The notes under the pieces are model-generated. The model ran no database searches and was not told the origin of the DNA. It saw only the letters and a program-made list of their open reading frames with translations. From positions 144,627-208,626 of the forward strand of contig JAQTYF010000001.1 of the NCBI GenBank assembly GCA_028688415.1: a DNA stretch of 64,000 nucleotides, read 5' to 3'. The position numbers were made by a program, and so were the translations under genes. Positions 61,034-64,000 of the stretch are shown piece after piece. Within the stretch, counting starts at the first letter, position 1. Every line of letters begins with the position of its first letter. Origin of the DNA: Candidatus Moraniibacteriota bacterium. GTDB lineage: Bacteria > Patescibacteriota > Minisyncoccia > Moranbacterales > UBA1568.

Positions 61034-61642
61034 ATGGAAAAATTTTTTGAACAAGAGAGACCGAAGATTATTGATACACTCGAGATCGCTTCTGGGAATA
61101 TTTCTTTGATACATGAAATGGATAGGGTAGCTACTTTGGAGGGAAAAGAAATAAACTGGGGTGATGCTGTCGTCATTTCCGATATCTCACAGAGAGACCT
61201 CGTTGATGAAAAAACCGCTTTATCTCGAGAAGCTGTCCGTGAAGGAAAGACTCCTTCAAAAGAAATGTACGTTGCTTTTGACAATATCTCGATGCCATTT
61301 TCTGATAATTCTGTAAAGAGAATCATTTGTCGAAATTTCTTTAGCTCCTTCTCTGATATGAGTACGAACGATGGGAGTCAGATAGATACTGAAAAAGTAA
61401 AGAAATATAGAGATGAAATATACAGAGTGCTTGTACCAGGCGGATATCTTTTTATCCACGATACCCTGAGTCCCAAAGTGTCAGATCAGATTTTCGATGA
61501 AAAACTTTTTAATGATCGATTTGATGAAGTTTCCGTCGATGCTACGAATGATCTCAATATTTCTGTTGATTTTGTTTCAAAGATAGAGAATAAATTTGGA
61601 GAAAAAGGTGATCGTGGCATGAGAATCTTTAGGAAGAGGTAG
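61034..61642 (+). CDS. Class I SAM-dependent methyltransferase-like protein
   Basis: LEIASG, MPFSDNSV and EIYRVLVPGG motifs. Confidence 0.75.
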   Translation: MEKFFEQERPKIIDTLEIASGNISLIHEMDRVATLEGKEINWGDAVVISDISQRDLVDEKTALSREAVREGKTPSKEMYVAFDNISMPFSDNSVKRIICRNFFSSFSDMSTNDGSQIDTEKVKKYRDEIYRVLVPGGYLFIHDTLSPKVSDQIFDEKLFNDRFDEVSVDATNDLNISVDFVSKIENKFGEKGDRGMRIFRKR

Positions 61643-61769
61643 CTATAAAATCCTTACAGATCAGAGTGAATTTCTCTGTTGGATTTTTCATTAAAAATAT
61701 CAATAACTTCTATTTGGAAGCAAGGTTTCTAAGTATTTTCGAAGAATATATTTGATCAAATTATTTATT

Positions 61770-62585
61770 ATGAAAGTAACTATTATTGGGACTGGATTTC
61801 TCGGAGAGGCTATCTATCAAGTTCTGAAGAAACAAGATATTGATATTGTCACGACATATCATACGCACAAGAAATTTGATACTTCTCTCGAGTATGATTT
61901 TTTGAATGATGATCCAGAGAAAGTATTTTCAGAGAACAAAGGAGATGTGGTTATTATGACCGCTATGGTTGAATTCACTGATGACTCAGCACTGCTTCAG
62001 AAATCGATGGAGCGTTTCGTGCAGTTCTTCCATCATTCGAGAATCATCTATATATCGAGTGATGGTATTTTTGATGGAGAACGTGGGGAATATACAGAGA
62101 ATGATATCCCTCACCCAGTCACTTTGTATGGAAAGAATCTGCGCATTTGTGAAGAAGCGGTACGAAAGTATTCAAAAGATTATTGTATCGTCCGTCCCAG
62201 TTATATGTATGGTTTCGTGAATAACGTTCTTGATAATCGACTCAAAACAGCAAAAGAACTGCTCGAGAGAGGTGAAACCGTATCTCGATTTACTGATATG
62301 TATAAGTCGCCACTCAGTTATGCTGAGGCTGCTCAGGTCATCGATGTATTGATATCTTCTGGCTATATTGGAATTGTACATATTTCTGGAGAAAGGATGA
62401 GCGTGTATGATTTCACGAAAAATGGTATGAAATCGCTCGGTATATCAACAAGCACTCTCATAGGTGAACCTATGCCGATACCCAGACCAGTTGGACTTCT
62501 TCCAGACACTTCGCTTCGTTATGATTTGATGGAGCAATTGACACACATAAAACCAAAAAGCATACAGGATGAATTGCAGGTATAA
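61770..62585 (+). CDS. RmlD-like sugar-nucleotide reductase (SDR)
   Basis: GTGFLG, YISSDGIFDG, YTE.D.P.P..LYG and KSP motifs. Confidence 0.88.
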   Translation: MKVTIIGTGFLGEAIYQVLKKQDIDIVTTYHTHKKFDTSLEYDFLNDDPEKVFSENKGDVVIMTAMVEFTDDSALLQKSMERFVQFFHHSRIIYISSDGIFDGERGEYTENDIPHPVTLYGKNLRICEEAVRKYSKDYCIVRPSYMYGFVNNVLDNRLKTAKELLERGETVSRFTDMYKSPLSYAEAAQVIDVLISSGYIGIVHISGERMSVYDFTKNGMKSLGISTSTLIGEPMPIPRPVGLLPDTSLRYDLMEQLTHIKPKSIQDELQV

Positions 62586-62613
62586 AATTTCAAATTTTGA
62601 AATATATCGACAA

Positions 62614-62651
62614 AAAGAAAAAAGCCCGACGAATGTTATCGTGCGGGCTTT
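62614..62651. repeat. Repeated hairpin/terminator, copy A
   Basis: aaagcccgacgaatgttatcgtgcgggcttt, near-identical to 63072-63109. Confidence 0.85.
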
Positions 62652-62669
62652 CTGCATATCAAGGGAGAG

Positions 62670-62975
62670 TCATATTCCATAGGACGTATTCATCAATTCA
62701 TTGAAGCTCTTTTGCCCAACGATAGGAATGTTACTCGGCGCAAAGAGATATTCCTGGCGACATGTTTCGCAGTATGGGACGCTATAAATGTAGTCAAAGG
62801 ATGTTGCTCCACGAATCCGTTTGACGATATGTCCATTGCATCCTTCCTTTATGCATTTCCCGTCTTTCCCGGATCTTTCGAGTAAATATCTTGCAATGAA
62901 TGCTTTCTTCTCAGGGTTTTCAGTGAAAGCTTTTACTCGAGCAATCAAGTCTTCTAACGGCAGTTGACTCGCCAT
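62670..62975 (-). CDS. Orphan protein with a putative zinc ribbon
   Basis: CIKEGC...CETC; leader TATCTTTAACAAC-TGAGGT. Confidence 0.65.
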   Translation of the reverse strand: MASQLPLEDLIARVKAFTENPEKKAFIARYLLERSGKDGKCIKEGCNGHIVKRIRGATSFDYIYSVPYCETCRQEYLFAPSNIPIVGQKSFNELMNTSYGI

Positions 62976-63071
62976 GATGTTTACCTCAGTTGTTAAAGAT
63001 ACTCAAAGAGTATAAGATATAGAATTTTTGGTCAAGAATCAGTGATCTTCTTCGTATATTGCATTGAAAGG

Positions 63072-63113
63072 AAAGAAAAAGCCCAGACGAATGTTATCGT
63101 GTGGGCTTTTTTT
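63072..63113. repeat. Repeated hairpin/terminator, copy B
   Basis: aaagcccagacgaatgttatcgtgtgggcttt. Confidence 0.85.
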
Positions 63114-63155
63114 GTAGAGGGGAGCAGTGGCTCATTTGTGTGGTGGCGACTGGTG

Positions 63156-63650
63156 TTACACTGTTATGGCAATGTATTGCCACGAAGGAATGAGATAACT
63201 CCATGGTTTGAGAGACCATATCTGAAGCAATTTCTCGCCACTCACCGCCCGATTGCCGACAGGAAGTGTCGTATCTGAATCAGCGAGCACACTCGGATCA
63301 TAGAGACAATACATATCCTTGTTTCGGCCACACAGTACTACCCAATGTGGGAAGAGTCGACCTCTCACAAAGAGCACTACTGGTCTATGGGTTTTCAAGA
63401 GAAGATTGACTCCGCGCAATAGCTGAACCTTGTCCCCGTACATTTGTATGAAACGGGGAGAAAAACCGTGAGCTACGAAAATTTTGAGCATCGAAGATGG
63501 AGATACTGATTTGTGCTCCAATCCGTCATCTTCCTTATACGTAAGACCGATGGCGTTGATCGCCCATCGGGCACTATGCGGACCACACGCCTTTCTTGGC
63601 ATACGTGAAAAGTTTGTTGGATTTTTCACCAGATATCCCTCCTGTAGCAA
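63156..63650 (-). CDS. Peptidase C39-like cysteine protease
   Basis: CGP, HWVV and YDP catalytic-triad motifs; start uncertain. Confidence 0.7.
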   Translation of the reverse strand: MLQEGYLVKNPTNFSRMPRKACGPHSARWAINAIGLTYKEDDGLEHKSVSPSSMLKIFVAHGFSPRFIQMYGDKVQLLRGVNLLLKTHRPVVLFVRGRLFPHWVVLCGRNKDMYCLYDPSVLADSDTTLPVGNRAVSGEKLLQIWSLKPWSYLIPSWQYIAITV

Positions 63651-63652
63651 TT

Positions 63653-63988
63653 TCAGTAGTAACTGAGGCAGTTGTGAAACTCTATTTTTTGGTGGTTAGT
63701 ACGATCACCAGAAACAGGCTTCGTTTCAAAAGGGACTGAAGCGTCTTCCTCATCCCGTAGGCGCTGATTTTCTTTCTTCAGCACCAGGTAGTACTTGTTG
63801 TACGCCTGAGCCACGCGCTCCTGATGATTCACGCTGGAACCACCGAAACGACGAAGGAATTCCTCCCAGTGCATCTGGTGAGAAGATTCGGCGTATTTCA
63901 GAAACTCGCTACCTGGATCTTTCAAAACGAGCTTTTTCGCTTCATCAAAAGCCAGATTTTTGGTCACAATAATTTGTGGATCATGCAT
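63653..63988 (-). CDS. Orphan hypothetical protein
   Basis: AGGAG SD at the window end; directly upstream of the C39-like gene. Confidence 0.55.
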   Translation of the reverse strand: MHDPQIIVTKNLAFDEAKKLVLKDPGSEFLKYAESSHQMHWEEFLRRFGGSSVNHQERVAQAYNKYYLVLKKENQRLRDEEDASVPFETKPVSGDRTNHQKIEFHNCLSYY

Positions 63989-64000
63989 GTCATACTCCTG

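Noticed and set aside
1-64000. tRNA/rRNA genes, IS elements, integrases, inteins and alternative genetic code
   Set aside because: None recognisable by eye. dnaB and the other core genes show no intein-sized insertions, and TGA ends genes such as pgk and yidD at expected positions.

Overview
The window looks like chromosomal DNA from a Candidate Phyla Radiation (Patescibacteria/Parcubacteria-type) bacterium using genetic code 11. This is inferred from the short AspRS, AlaRS, Pgk and HrcA, the ftsA-like plus long-hypothetical gene pair, and core genes that lack Shine-Dalgarno (SD) sites. About 1-26.4 kb is a mosaic accessory region, mostly AT-rich. It holds an amine/polyamine-related enzyme cluster ending in homospermidine synthase, a 2-kb unit with a Gly-rich peptide and an M16 peptidase, a SET protein, a sensor kinase separated from its response regulator by a 5.6-kb unit (IucA/IucC-like, radical SAM, NUDIX, GluRS), and a nucleotide/glycosyl block. 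About 26.4-61 kb is mostly housekeeping (aspS, rplI, pyrG, rpmA, scpAB, mraY, pgk, alaS, rplU, recR, dnaB, cysS, corA, hrcA-grpE-dnaK with CIRCE), interrupted by single orphan genes. Main observations: (1) accessory blocks end in orphaned 3' gene remnants, two of them duplicating an upstream gene, each joined within a few bases of a start codon, with no integrase in view; (2) several orphan genes share a promoter / boxA-like CTTTAACAAC / strong SD / hairpin design unlike the SD-less core genes; (3) two solo LuxI-like acyltransferases occur with no LuxR; (4) a small palindromic element sits at gene 5' ends, and 7-bp-period arrays lie between genes. All protein calls come from motif recognition by eye; no database searches were run.
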